A DNA stretch of 64,000 nucleotides, taken from NCBI RefSeq assembly GCF_018350175.1, contig NC_058368.1, positions 87,732,001 to 87,796,000 of the forward strand, given 5' to 3'. Positions 48,890 through 61,589 of this stretch are shown piece by piece (the first letter of the stretch is position 1; every line of letters starts with the position of its first letter). Under the pieces are notes generated by a model, which did not search any database, was not told where the DNA came from, and saw nothing but the letters and a program-made list of their open reading frames with translations. Both the position numbers and the translations under genes were made by a program. The DNA comes from Felis catus. Lineage: Eukaryota.

Positions 48890-49843
48890 TTTTAAATTTT
48901 TAATGTTTACTTTTGAGAGAGAGAGAGAGAGAGAGAGAGCGTGAGCAGAGGAGGGGCAGAGAGAGAGAGGGAGACACAGAATCTGAAGCAGGATCCAGGC
49001 TCTGAGTCCCAGGCCACTCAGGGCTCCAACTCACAAGAACCATGAGATCATAACCTAGGTCAAAGTCTAGGCCCAACGGACTGAGCCACTCAGGCTCCCC
49101 TATTTTGGTTGTTTTGTTTTTTGTTTGTTTTTGGTATATACTTTTAACGAAAGCCTTGTAAATGGTGATAGAGCCTTTTTGACAAAACGAATGGAGCACT
49201 TTAAACACATACACACAAGTAAACCATATGCAAGGTGGATTTAATTTGCCCACTTTATTTATAACTGAAGCAGCAGGCTTGACTGTGGCCCAGGCTTCTC
49301 TCACTCTAAAAAATACCCCAGACTACAAAAACCACCACAAGAGCATCCCAGTCTGAAAGCAAAACACTTCCCAGGATTTGGATTTCCAGTTCAGTCCCAA
49401 GAGGTGGGCAGAGGCCTTCTGATTCCTGGCCCCTAGGGGTGTCCATCTCCGGTGATGTCACGCTTTCATCAAATCTTAGCCTCCTACACTAAATTCTTTG
49501 TTTTGCGTTTGTACTTTTTTTATTAAAGAGATAGCCCTTCCCTCTCCATCTTTGGTTTACTCCATAGTAATTAGCAAATTGGACTTAAAATTTTTGGCTG
49601 AGATGAGGAGAGGAGAGAGTCTCTTCAATGCATTTTATTTTTAAAGTTTATTTTTATTTATCTTGAGAGGGAGATAGAGAGTAAGCAGGGGAGGGGCAGA
49701 GAGAGAGAGGGAGACAGAATCCTAAGCAGGCTCCACACTGCCAGCATAGAGCCCAATGTGGGGCTCAAACTCACCGTGAGATCATGACCTGAGCCAAAGT
49801 CGAGAGTCAGAGGCTTAACCAACTCAGCCACCCAGGTGCCCCC
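48890..49843 (-). mobile_element. Two CAN-SINEs (about 48890-49100 and 49635-49843)
   Basis: Reverse-complement SINEs. Confidence 0.85.
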
Positions 49844-51146
49844 TCTCAAATACATCTCAGGGGATACCTGCAAAATCCCTCCAGTGCTTTCCAGGGCCTT
49901 ACTCTTTGGCCTGTACTTTTGGTATTTCAGGCCTAGAGAAGTCTTCCATTGTGTTGATTCCTTACCCTGTGAGTGTAAGCATTTTTAAATACTCAGTGAA
50001 CCCCTTCCTTCAGCCTCCAACTTAATGCAAATAACATTTCTCTTTGTTGTAGTAGTATTACTGACTGGGCTCTGTATTCAGATTCTCTCCATTTTCTTCA
50101 TTATAAATTCTCAAGGGCAGGAACTCTGTTGCTCTGCATCGTCCTTAATAGATTCTCACTCCCGTGGTAGGAGAGGGCCCAACCAGGCCCATTCTTCCCC
50201 TGGGGCTGCCTCAGCATCCTCCACACTGTTCAGCAAATAGAGGCAGCCTCCTCCCCTCCTCCTCCTCCTCCTTCTCCTCCTTCTTTTACTTCACACTAAT
50301 TCTGTGTGTCTGAGGAATGAAGGGACTGAGATATTAATTGACATTTTGGATTACCCACAACAAAACATTTTCATGCAACTGTATTTGGGAATTATGTTTA
50401 TTCTGCTTCTTGATTTTATTTTAGGGACTAAATAAACTGTGTTGTTTCTCACTGCTAGCACAGTCCCACACTACTGGAGACAAGTTGCATTTTATTAAAC
50501 CTAGGTCTGAAGCTTATTATTAAAGCAGAGAATGACCTGGATCTGAGACACTAGTTTCCTGTTACCAGAAGTGCTCATTAAGATCGTGATGCCTAATCTC
50601 CTTCCTTCCATAGGTAGAGGAGGGCTCAGACCCAATCAGGAGGCCCCTGCTTCATAGTGTAGGACTGGATTCTGTAGTTTCCGAGAAGAATCAGACAGCT
50701 CTTGAGAAGATTAAAGGTGTTGACTTTGACGTAGATTACTGTTTTCAAATCTGGGGATCACAACTAGCAGGGAAAGAATTGAGTAAAATAACTGTGGCAA
50801 AACTTCCGTATCTATGAGTTGTGTTGTGTTGTTTTTGTAAATATTTCAGAGTGTGTATATATGGATACACACTAATAATGGAAATGAAATGATGCACACT
50901 GCTATCATTGTAAGCATAACAATACTCTATATGTCCACTGATGCATAAAGTGAGGCAATAGGAACCACCATCAATCCCAATAAATGAGGTAGGTTTCACT
51001 AAAATTCTAACTGAGAATTACTTACGATCATGTATCTGTGATAACTAGCTATCAAAACTTATGTTTTCAATAAATGTGTACTGCCCAGATGACTTTTAAA
51101 ACATTTTTTGTCACCTGCAAGTATTTTTAAATTTCAATTTACGTTG

Positions 51147-51148
<2 letters not shown>

Positions 51149-51186
<38 letters not shown>
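51149..51186. repeat. (GT)n microsatellite
   Basis: Direct inspection. Confidence 0.95.
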
Positions 51187-51188
<2 letters not shown>

Positions 51189-52279
51189 CGAAAGGTAATA
51201 GATAAAAACACTCAAAAATATAGCTTACATTTGGATGAAATTCTCAGGAAGAAGTACAATGGGGGTGAGTTCAGGGAGGAAAAAAAGGATCATGTAGACT
51301 ATCTCACTGTTAACGAAGAATTTGACCATGTGTTCTAAGAATTGATTACAGTATCGAATTGCTATTTCAATAGATACCTTTAAAAGATTGATGTGATCGT
51401 TGTCACCCATATTTCAGTACGAAAGATTTTTATAAGAGCATTATTTGAAAATGTGTGAAAGCTCAAGAACTTTATTTAAAAATTTATTTTAATTTCTTTG
51501 ATGTGACCATTTTGCTTTTTTACAACGTCCTACGTTGGGAATTGCGCCCTTGTAACTATAACAACTAAGGATAAAAATATTTTAGTTGCCAACTGAAAAA
51601 CGTGTCAGATTTTAAATTCCTTTAGATTGGACCCACGCAGGAGAAGGAACAGGGTGGGTGGGCTTCCAGACGCTGGGGCGGAGGGAGCTTCGACTGTGAC
51701 GTTCTCAGACCCTCCCGCCCAGCCCGGCTTCGACCAGCTTCCTCTGGAGATGATTTGCAAAACATGACTGATACCTTTCATTAAATGTTTGTTCCTTGCC
51801 TGAGCCGATGACACGACGAATCGGTACATCTAAATCTCAGAGTGGCTCAAGGAAGTGCTTGTTAGGAATCCCCTATTTACAACGAAGAAAAGCCAAAGCG
51901 ATGTCCTTTTCCAAGTAAAGGCTCTTCCTGCCAAAGAGCTTTCCCTGAGCCAAGATGACACTTCCCTTAATAAATGCCATAAATTCGAAAAAAGAGGTAA
52001 TTCTGCGTCACTAATGCTTCACAGAAAATGATGTGGCTGAAAGAGGGAGCTATTTGTCCAGAAAAGGGGGGATTACATTAAAGGGGAATTACTTTCCTCC
52101 TGAATTGATCTCCCCCATCCCCACATAGGCTAAAGCTACCCGCAGCAGAAATCGGCTTGTTACATGTGGCTCGCGCGCACCAGACGCTTCCATTTCCCTT
52201 TCGGTTTCAAACGTTTTGCCTTTGTAAGGTCCAGTCACGCCAACATTCTCCCAGAAATGTTCACTGCTTCAGGATCAAG

Positions 52280-52640
52280 ATGTCTGGTCGAGGGAAGGAT
52301 GCAGCTGCAGGCGACACTGCCTGGGGCCGCGCAACACCGGAGACCTCACTTCCCAGCCCATGCATCAGAGACACTGGGGGGGGGGGGGGGCGGGGATTGG
52401 CACCTCCTGAAAGAGGTGACCCGCGCCCTTCACCCACAGACGCACGCCGCGCGCAGACAGGCCTGGGTCTCGGAGTCTACGCGCGCAAGCGCCGGGGATG
52501 CACCCTTGCAGCCACCAAAGGACGAAGAACTCAAGGTGTCTACTTAGCGGGGCGATGCATCAACAGCCCTCCGCAGAGGGGAGGGTGGACACGGATCCTT
52601 GACCGCCAGGCCGGTTACCATCCCAGACCTCCATAAGAAA
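52280..52640 (+). pseudogene. Decayed H2A relic
   Basis: ATG TCT GGT CGA GGG AAG (MSGRGK) at 52280; LQPPKDEELK versus [13 protein letters not shown] at 52506-52535; CCAGGCCG and AAGAAA blocks collinear. Confidence 0.55.
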
Positions 52641-52685
52641 CAGTTACACACTCTCGCCTTCCACGCACACACACAATGGGGCGCG

Positions 52686-52731
<46 letters not shown>

Positions 52732-52826
52732 CCCAGTAACCAGGAAACCACTAAGGTGCACAGAACGGAATTGATTCACAGGACAACCCTTCACCGTGTT
52801 CGAAACCCTTTTTCGATTATGTGGGT

Positions 52827-52842
52827 GGCTCTGAAAAGAGCC
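52827..52842 (-). terminator. Histone 3' stem-loop of H2B
   Basis: GGCTCTTTTCAGAGCC followed by ACCCA and purine-rich HDE GAAAAAGGG. Confidence 0.95.
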
Positions 52843-52869
52843 TTTGGGTTCCAGGGCGCCCGGCGCGCC

Positions 52870-53955
<1,086 letters not shown>

Positions 53956-54011
53956 GGCTGCGGAGGCGGGCCGGCAACGGCCGTGTGCCCCGGGGGCCCT
54001 GTGACACCAAA

Positions 54012-54027
54012 GGCTCTTTTCAGAGCC
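54012..54027 (+). terminator. Histone 3' stem-loop of H2A
   Basis: GGCTCTTTTCAGAGCC-ACCCA, HDE AAGAAAAGAGC near 54040. Confidence 0.95.
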
Positions 54028-54980
54028 ACCCACGGTTTCAAGAAAAGAGCCACACTGACCACGCAGCTTTGTCTTACCAAGGCTGCGTCCTTTCGGGCGC
54101 ACGGAGAGCCGGGTCCGAGGCACAATCCGGGAGCGGGTATGCGCACCGTGGCCTCCCGTGTTGTTTGCCGCAGGGAATGCTACCGGACACGTAGCCGCCC
54201 TTTGCGTTTGAATCTCACTCCTAAACTGCGCCTGGGGTCTTAAGTTAACCCGCTCACCGTGAAGGTATCTGTCGTTATCGGTGACCAGTTGCCTTGCACT
54301 CTGCAACGTGTCGTTCGGTCACATTTAGACACCCAAGTACAGGCTGTCTGCTTATCCCAGGCCTGGATAACAGGGCAGATTCACCTGCCTTTGAAAATAA
54401 GTCTAGTTGTTAGAATCCGCTATTTGCGGTTCTTATGGGTAACCCTTAAAGATTTACATTCTAGAACGTATGGTTGCTTGAGGGAGTGGATATTGCAAAG
54501 TTTTAGGAAACATGAGGTCGTTGGGAATTATGATCTGGAGATTGAGGTCTTGTAAAGAGTCTGTTCTAGAGGCGTTTACAACATTCAGAAAGAAAATTAT
54601 GTTTTTAAACGAAGTGTAAACTTTTTAAAGAAAATCTTACTGTAAGTAGAATGACCAAAAGGATTTAAATTGTTCAGTCTGGGTTGGTCAAACATTAATT
54701 CGAGTCCCTTAACCTGATAACTAAAGTTAGAGAATAAAATAATTTGTACATTGAGTTTGGTCAGGAAGACCAGGTTGTTAGGATTAGATTATGTAATATA
54801 TGAGTGGATATTTCAGAAGATGACTGTTTACACGAGCTCCTCACTCTGTAATAAAGGGGAGTTGGACATTCCCAAGGGTTCTGGTGAAGTCAAAATGTTA
54901 ATAGCACCCACCTCATGGGGGAGAGGGATTAAGTGGTTAATTCATAATAATTCCTTTAAAACAATGTCTGGCATGTGCAC

Positions 54981-55021
<41 letters not shown>

Positions 55022-55692
55022 CTTGATAACTGCTAGTTATTCCTAGTATCAAGATCTTTGCCATTTTCATTAATTTTTTTATTATTATCGCAATAAATGC
55101 AGGCCAGTAACACAATTCAGGAATATTATATAATTTATATTAAACTTAGTAAAATTAGGTCTACTCAAACCAGGGCTCCCTAGACACCATCTGGAGCTAA
55201 CCACACATCTGCTGGTCTTGAGAAAATATCCTAGTGCTGTGAAAGTATTCGCACCAAGGATCTACAAACCCTGCTCTGACGGTGTGCATCTAAACACAGG
55301 AGTCTCCTGCAGCAGAGGTAGGTGGTGGACCACATTGCTAAGTGGGCAGCATTTCTGTGACACAAGCAAGGACTGTCCAAGAGACCATAGAGCCTTCTGG
55401 AGATGGATCCATTATGTTCAATTGTAGCATAAATTTTTGTTTATGCACTGATGTTCATGTAGGCCATTGTATGTCATCAAACCCCTCAGTGGTATTTAGG
55501 AAATGTTTTTTCAGGGCCAGCAAGGTTAGGTATGCCACGTATCCATGGAGTTCCCAATTTTTAATTTCTTAAATGGGACGTTGAGAGGGAGGCAGTGAGG
55601 TGGGTGGTGCTCACAGAAGCAGCCCTTCATCTGTTATCTCTAAGGCTGAGCTGTCCCCTGGAGATAACATTAAGCAACAAGAGCTATTCAAT

Positions 55693-56900
55693 CTTTTTTT
55701 TAAGTTTATTTATTTTTGAGAGAGAGACACAGAGTGTGAGCCGGGGAGGGTCAGAGAGAAAGGGAGACACAGAATCCAAAACAGGCTCCAGGCTCTGAGC
55801 TGCCAGCACAGAGCCCGATGCAAAGCTCGAACTCACAGTGAGATCATGGCCTGAGCTGAAGTTGGACACTCAACCGACTGAACCACCCAGGTGCCCAAAG
55901 GACTATTCAATTTTCAATGATTTAAAATTAAATACAAGGGGTGCCTGGGTGGCTCAGTTGGTTGAGCCTTAGACTCTTGATTTCGGCTCAGGTTGTGATC
56001 TCACAGTTCATGAGATGGAGCCCCAAGACAGGCTCTGCTCTGACAGCATAGAGCCTGCTTGGGATTCTCTCCCTCCTTTCTCTCTCTCTCTCTCTCTCTC
56101 TGCCCCTCTCTCACGCATGTGCACTCTCTCAAAATAAATAAAACGTTAAAAAAATTTTTTAAATGAATTAAATTAAATTAAATTCTAGGATGCAGTTTCT
56201 TAGCCTCCCTAGCCACGTGTAGCCAGCAGCCAACGCATGGAACAGCACAGGTGGAGAAGCTCCATCATCGTGGAAAGGTCAGGTGGACAGCTCTGGTCTA
56301 AAGTTTAATCGTCTCTTGGGGGTTATCTGGTTCAGGAATGTGATGCAATATCCAGAGCTGCCTGCCTATGCAGGAGAAAGCCCATCAGACCCTCGCTTCA
56401 ATAAGGAAGAGCCATATGGCCCAGCAATTGCACTCCCAGGTATACACAAGGACTCAGTTACTTGTACACGCACATTTACAGCGGCATTATGTCCCAAAGG
56501 TGGAGACAGCCCAAGCAAATGGATGAACAAAATGTGCTCTGTCCACACAGTGGAACAGCATTCAGCCATAAAATGAAGTGCAGCACTGGTACATGCTACC
56601 ACGTGGATGACCTTCAAAGATATGATGTTCTGTGAGAGAGAAAGGTCACACAGGGTATGATGGCACTTATAAGAAACAGAACGGGGGTGCCTGGGTGGCT
56701 TAGTCGGTTGATCGTCCGACTTTGCCTCAGGTCATGATCTCACAATTCATGGGTTTGGGCCCCACATCGGCCTCTGTGCTAAACACTTGCTCAGAGCCTG
56801 GAGCCTGCTTTGGATTCTGTGTCTCCTCTCTCTGCCCCTCCTCTGCTCGTGCTCTGTCTCACTCTGTCTCTCAAAATAAATAAATGTAAAATAATTTTTT
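55693..56900. mobile_element. CAN-SINEs (about 55693-55897-, 55938-56160+, 56683-56900+) and an old L1M 3' fragment (about 56400-56680+)
   Basis: SINE motifs; CCAGCAATTGCACTCCCAGGTAT and AAATGGATGAACAAAATGTG L1 motifs. Confidence 0.8.
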
Positions 56901-59021
56901 TTAACAGAAACAGAATGGACAGAGCCATAGAGATGGGAAGCAGATTAGTGGTGGCCAGAGGCTTCTCGGGAAGTGGGGAGGATGGCGGGGAGACTGCCAG
57001 CCTCTACAGAGCTTCAACACCTTCTCCATGCTCACTGTGTCAAGTCACATGCTCCCTTTCCCCATCCCTAGATCGTCTCCGTCATTCTCCCCATGTCCCT
57101 GTGGTATGAGCAGTTTACTGAGAAAGGTGAACCAAAGATGTACAAGGTCCCACAGGAAGAATGCAGAAACACCCATGCCCCCTGCCAGTAAACTGCTCCC
57201 AGCTTCTGGAATTCTCCACTCACCTCATCCAGGTCCCATAATTCAACTTGCCCCTCTCCTGGGCAAAGAGTCTGGCCCCAGCCCCAGCCCCACATCCATT
57301 CATTCTCGTCTTTTTACCGACGTTTTCAAGAATCTTCCAAGTGAGCAATCATGAAGGACCCCCTCAATTTCTGTGTTGGCTTAGAGCCTGAGTAAGAGCG
57401 TTGGGTACAGGCCTTGAGGTGGACTGGGTCACCCAGCTTGAGAGCTGTCAGGTCCGGGCTGCCCTGAGCTGTTCTGCCCACACGCTGCTCTGTCACATGG
57501 AGGTCCCAGACCTGGTCATCAGAATTTACCCTCATGTTCCCAGGAAGGGCAGTTTCCATGCATTGCTCACCAAGCCTCGCCAAGAATCTGCTTTTCCCTC
57601 ATGCCCCTCCCCCCACCCCAGCAAAAGCTTGAAAAGTGCATCCTTCTCTCTGCCCACTTCCACTTCCTTCCTCATGAGTAATTTGGTCCCAGGCAGGATT
57701 CTGGGAGGACAGGTCTCTGGGGAGGCCAGTTCCTGATGCTTCCCTCCTCCCCAAGACAGTGGAGCCCATGACCTCCCCTCCGGCCAGTGCTGCCCTTCAG
57801 GACACCCTCTCTTACCCATTGCCGCGTCCTCAGCTTGCCACAGCCCCCGGCAGCCCTTCTGGGGGCCTGATCTGCCCGTTCTCTCCTGTGGGATGATGGA
57901 TCAGCCCAAAATGTCCCAGCTGCTGGTCTGAGAATCAGTGGTTACAGCCGGGCTCCCCAGGAAAGCTGGTGGTTGGTGACCATGCTGAAGGCCAGATTGT
58001 GGGAACTTGGGATCAGCTGGGAGGGTATCATCTGAGGGGGTTATCTAGGGGGTCAGGGGAAGGGTCAGTGGTGGGGGGTGGTGTTAATCTGGTAGGTCAA
58101 TGTGGAGTCAGCTGGGAAGACACTGGTCCAGGTGGCCTCTTTCACATGGCTGGGTACCTTGTTTCTTCTTGTATACAGTCTCTTTCCAAGGCTAATTTGG
58201 GCTTCCTTACACCATCCCTGGAGGACAGAGTCCCCTGGACCCCTGAGGCTCAGCCTGCACACTGTGACTCATACCCCATGCTGGGGTTCACAACAAGTCT
58301 CACTCCACGGTGCTGGGAACATCAAGAGCCACGCTGCCATCCACCACGGGTTCTGTGGCTCAGCTACGAGGCTTTCTCTCTCCTCCTGCTCTCAAGCCAG
58401 GGCATCAGTGGGGTCCGAACGTCGCAGCAGCTGTCTTCCAGGAGCCACAGGCTATCACCTCCTGATTGGGAGTTCCATCCTCTCCTGGCGGCCAGGCTGC
58501 ACTCTGCCTCACCCCCCATGGCGGCACCTCCTCGTCTTCCCCAGGCAGACATGCCCTGTTGGAGACCATCAGCAATCCGGGAGTCTCGGGATGCAGTTCG
58601 TCTCCATGTCCCGGGTCCCACCCCTAGTGCCACCTCCCCCAAAATAGATATGACCCCGTTCTAATGTCCAGAACTTGTGAGTGTGATCTCATTTGGAGAA
58701 AGGGTCTTTGTAGTGTAACTTAAGGGCCCTGAGATGAGGTGGTCATCTGGACCACGCAAAGAACTCTCAGAACTCCACGCTGAAAAAATCACTCTTTGAT
58801 TTGTGGACAGGCCAGGCCCCTCTTTTGCCATTCACCCTGTTCCCTGCATCCTAATTCTCTCAGCCTGGCTGCCACCTCCTGGAGTGACTTTTTGTTATAG
58901 TAGAATCTTCCATTCTGGTGGAGAAGACAAGGAAATAGAGGTGGCAGTGGGGGGGGGGGGGGGCAGGGTGGGGAGAGATGGATAAATTTCCTAAGATGTA
59001 AGTGTAGATAAAAGTGAGTAG

Positions 59022-59835
59022 AGGGGCGCCTGGGTGGCTCAGTCAGTTGAGTGTCCGACTTTGGCTTGGGCCCTGATCTCACAGTTCGTGGGTTTGAGCT
59101 TTGTGTTGGGCTCTGTGCTGACAGCTCAGAGCCTGGAGCCTGCTTCGGATTCTGTGTTTCCCTCTCTCTCTGTCCCTCCCCTGCTTGTGCCCTGTCTCTG
59201 TCTTTCAAAAATAAATAAATGTTAAAAAAAATTTTTTTTTAAGTGAGTAGAGTAAGTGGATCTTAAGGATAATAGAGACCGGAGGACCACGACACAAGGT
59301 AGTTAAACGTGAGGCACTAAATATTCATGATCACCAAGTATACTAGTAGACACTCAGCAATCGGGACCCCTGAGGCACTCGGTTTCCATTAGGTCTTAAT
59401 CAGCTACATCTGGGGCTCTCCACAGGTGAGCCTGTCCCTGGGGGACCACACCTGTGTGCATCAGCCCAGCTGTCCTGGCGACCCCACCATCAGCGAGAAG
59501 GCTGAGGCAGCAGGGAGTGACAGGACACAGGACTTCCTGTGGCTCCCTGACATCTGTCCTAAGTTTGTCAGCTCACCCCATGTCTTCCACCTTGCTTCTG
59601 CTGGGAGTTTTTTTTTTTTTTAAGTTTATTTATTTATTTGGAGAGAGAGCATGCGAGATGGAGAGGGGCAGAAAGAAAGGGAGAGAGAGAATCCCAAGCA
59701 GGTTCTGAGGCTCTGTACACTCTGTGCAGAGCCCGAAGCAGGGCTTGAACTCCTTAACCATGTCATCATGTGAAATCATGACCTGAGCAGAAATCAAGAG
59801 TCTAACGCTCAACCAAATGAGCCACCCAGGCGCCT
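59022..59835. mobile_element. CAN-SINEs (about 59022-59240+ with TSD AAGTGAGTAGAG; about 59608-59835-)
   Basis: SINE motifs and TSD. Confidence 0.88.
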
Positions 59836-60046
59836 CTTTTCTGGGTCTTTTAAATGGATTTAATAAACCACCTGGTTTGAGGTTTCTGACAGGCCTGAGA
59901 GCTCTTCCGCGCAAAGCCCTGCAGTGAACTGGGGAGCACGTTAGTCTCCAGTGTCCCTCCACAGTGGTTGGAGGCTACCCCCAGGCAGGTGAGCGCGACA
60001 GGCCACTTAAATGGAAGCGCTGTGTTTCCTCCCCTCACTGCACTGG

Positions 60047-60462
60047 ATAGTGTGGGCGACTCTCAGAGCCCCCCGAGAGCAGGAGAAACCCTGTCTGCCC
60101 TGATTCCCGAGGACACCCGTGCACTTGGGTGTCGCGGTCCCCAAACAGGTGTACCAGGCGCGCAGGCGTCCGCGTGTGACACATGGCGGTCTTCCTGCTT
60201 GTGAAATGCCATCTGCGCACGCCACGTGTGTGGCCCGAAGAGCTCCAGCTCCCTGGGAACAAAGCCCTTGAAAGCAGTCACTGCACGGAAGCCATCCAGA
60301 GACTGCGCACTGCCCAGAGCAGGAGCCGACTCCGGGTGTGGGTGGAAGTCACCCAGAAAAGAACATCAGGGCCTCAGGAATGAGGGCCACCCTCCTGCAG
60401 GCTCCCAGATGCGACAGAGCGGTTTGCAAAAGGACTTAAAAGGCGCGGCCTCTTCAGAGGCC
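60047..60462 (+). pseudogene. Decayed H2A relic with a stem-loop-like hairpin
   Basis: FPRTPVH (FPVGRVH), AGVRV..MAVFL (AGAPVYMAAVL), EELQLPGNKA ([10 protein letters not shown]); hairpin GGCCTC-TTCA-GAGGCC 60447-60462. Confidence 0.55.
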
Positions 60463-60552
60463 ATCGGGGAGAGAGGACTCCAGTGTTTTTGCTGAAATGC
60501 AAAAAGGGACGTGGGCTTGATGGTGTCGTTGGAAGCCGGGATCGCCATCTCC

Positions 60553-60935
60553 TGGCGGCTCCCAGAGGATGCGGCGCATGCGCTGGGCGTCCCTGGGCGT
60601 GCCGGGGACACGCGGCGCGGGGTGGTGCCCTGGCTGGCCTAGCGCCTCCCGCCGGTGGTGCCACGGCGGCAAGGCTCGAGCTCGCAGTCCTCGGTCCTGG
60701 AAGGCAGAGCTCCATAGGGAGGCTTGGCGAACTCCTGGGGGTGGCGCGGCTCGGGGGAGCCGCGGTGGTGGTGACAGGTGGCAGGGATGCAGAGGGGCGG
60801 GGATACAACGGCACAAAGGATGCAGGGGTACCGGGATGCTGGGGTGCAGGGGAGCAGGGAGCTGGGGATTCCGCGCTGCTTGCACGTGAGGGCGGAGGGA
60901 CGGTTGCGGACTGCTGCTGGAGCGCGCGCGCCGAG
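60553..60935 (-). pseudogene. Decayed histone H3 relic
   Basis: RVPGTPRDAQRMRRILWE versus H3 RVTIMPKDIQLARRIRGE; also EPRHPQ...LP/FQ and TCKQR (PRKQL) blocks. Confidence 0.65.
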
Positions 60936-61291
60936 GCTGACAGTGGCTTCGGAGGCTCCGGGTCCTAGTCTCTGGGTGAAGACCCGAAGCCTTTGAGGCC
61001 CCTGTTTATGCTCGGGCACGTGTCCCGGTTGGTCGTTTCAAAAGCCCTGGGGCCAACCGCCCTAGAGGCGATTTCGCCCTGGTGGCCTTGGGATGCTGAC
61101 CGCCTCGCCGCTGCTCCTCTGGGCTCCGAATCCCGGATGCTGACCGCATTGTGCAGACTGGAGGTCTCTGATTTCTCGAAGGGGCGCGCATTCCATGGAT
61201 GCAAATGACTAGGTGCGTTCTCCCCGAAAGGGATGCCTGGGTCGGCGGGTCCGGACGGCTGGCGGAGGCCTTTGCGCCGGTGCGCGCAGGA

Positions 61292-61450
61292 ATGGCGCGC
61301 CCCCAGCACGCCCAGGAATGGCGCGCCCCCAGCACGCCCCCTGCAGGTCGGCTGTCCCCTCGCCGCTTCCCCTGTGCACCTATCTCCTCCTCCCCTATGC
61401 TCCGCGCGCATTTTGTTTTCCTGGTTCCTTCCCGGGAGGAATCCGCGCAT
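61292..61450 (+). pseudogene. Possible decayed H3 N-terminal relic, with the start duplicated as a 26-bp repeat
   Basis: MARPQHAPCRSA codons each about 1 nt from MARTKQTARKST; PGSFPGGIR versus PGTVALREIR. Confidence 0.45.
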
Positions 61451-61589
61451 GTGCACAGCTGAACGTTGTGGATGCACAGCTGAACGTTGTGGATGCACAC
61501 ATTTTTAAGAACCAAATACGCTTATGTATCAACGCTTTCCTTTATACCAAAATCGATAACAAGTCAACACAATCTTCTTACATCGTTTA

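Noticed and set aside
51750..51990. ATTTGCAA, TTAAAT and TTG CCT GAG CCG...GGCTCAAGGAAG as another H2B relic
   Set aside because: Motif spacing is wrong and downstream similarity is too weak to support by eye
57969..58664. 231-aa ORF
   Set aside because: No recognisable domain; overlaps probable old MaLR-like LTR sequence
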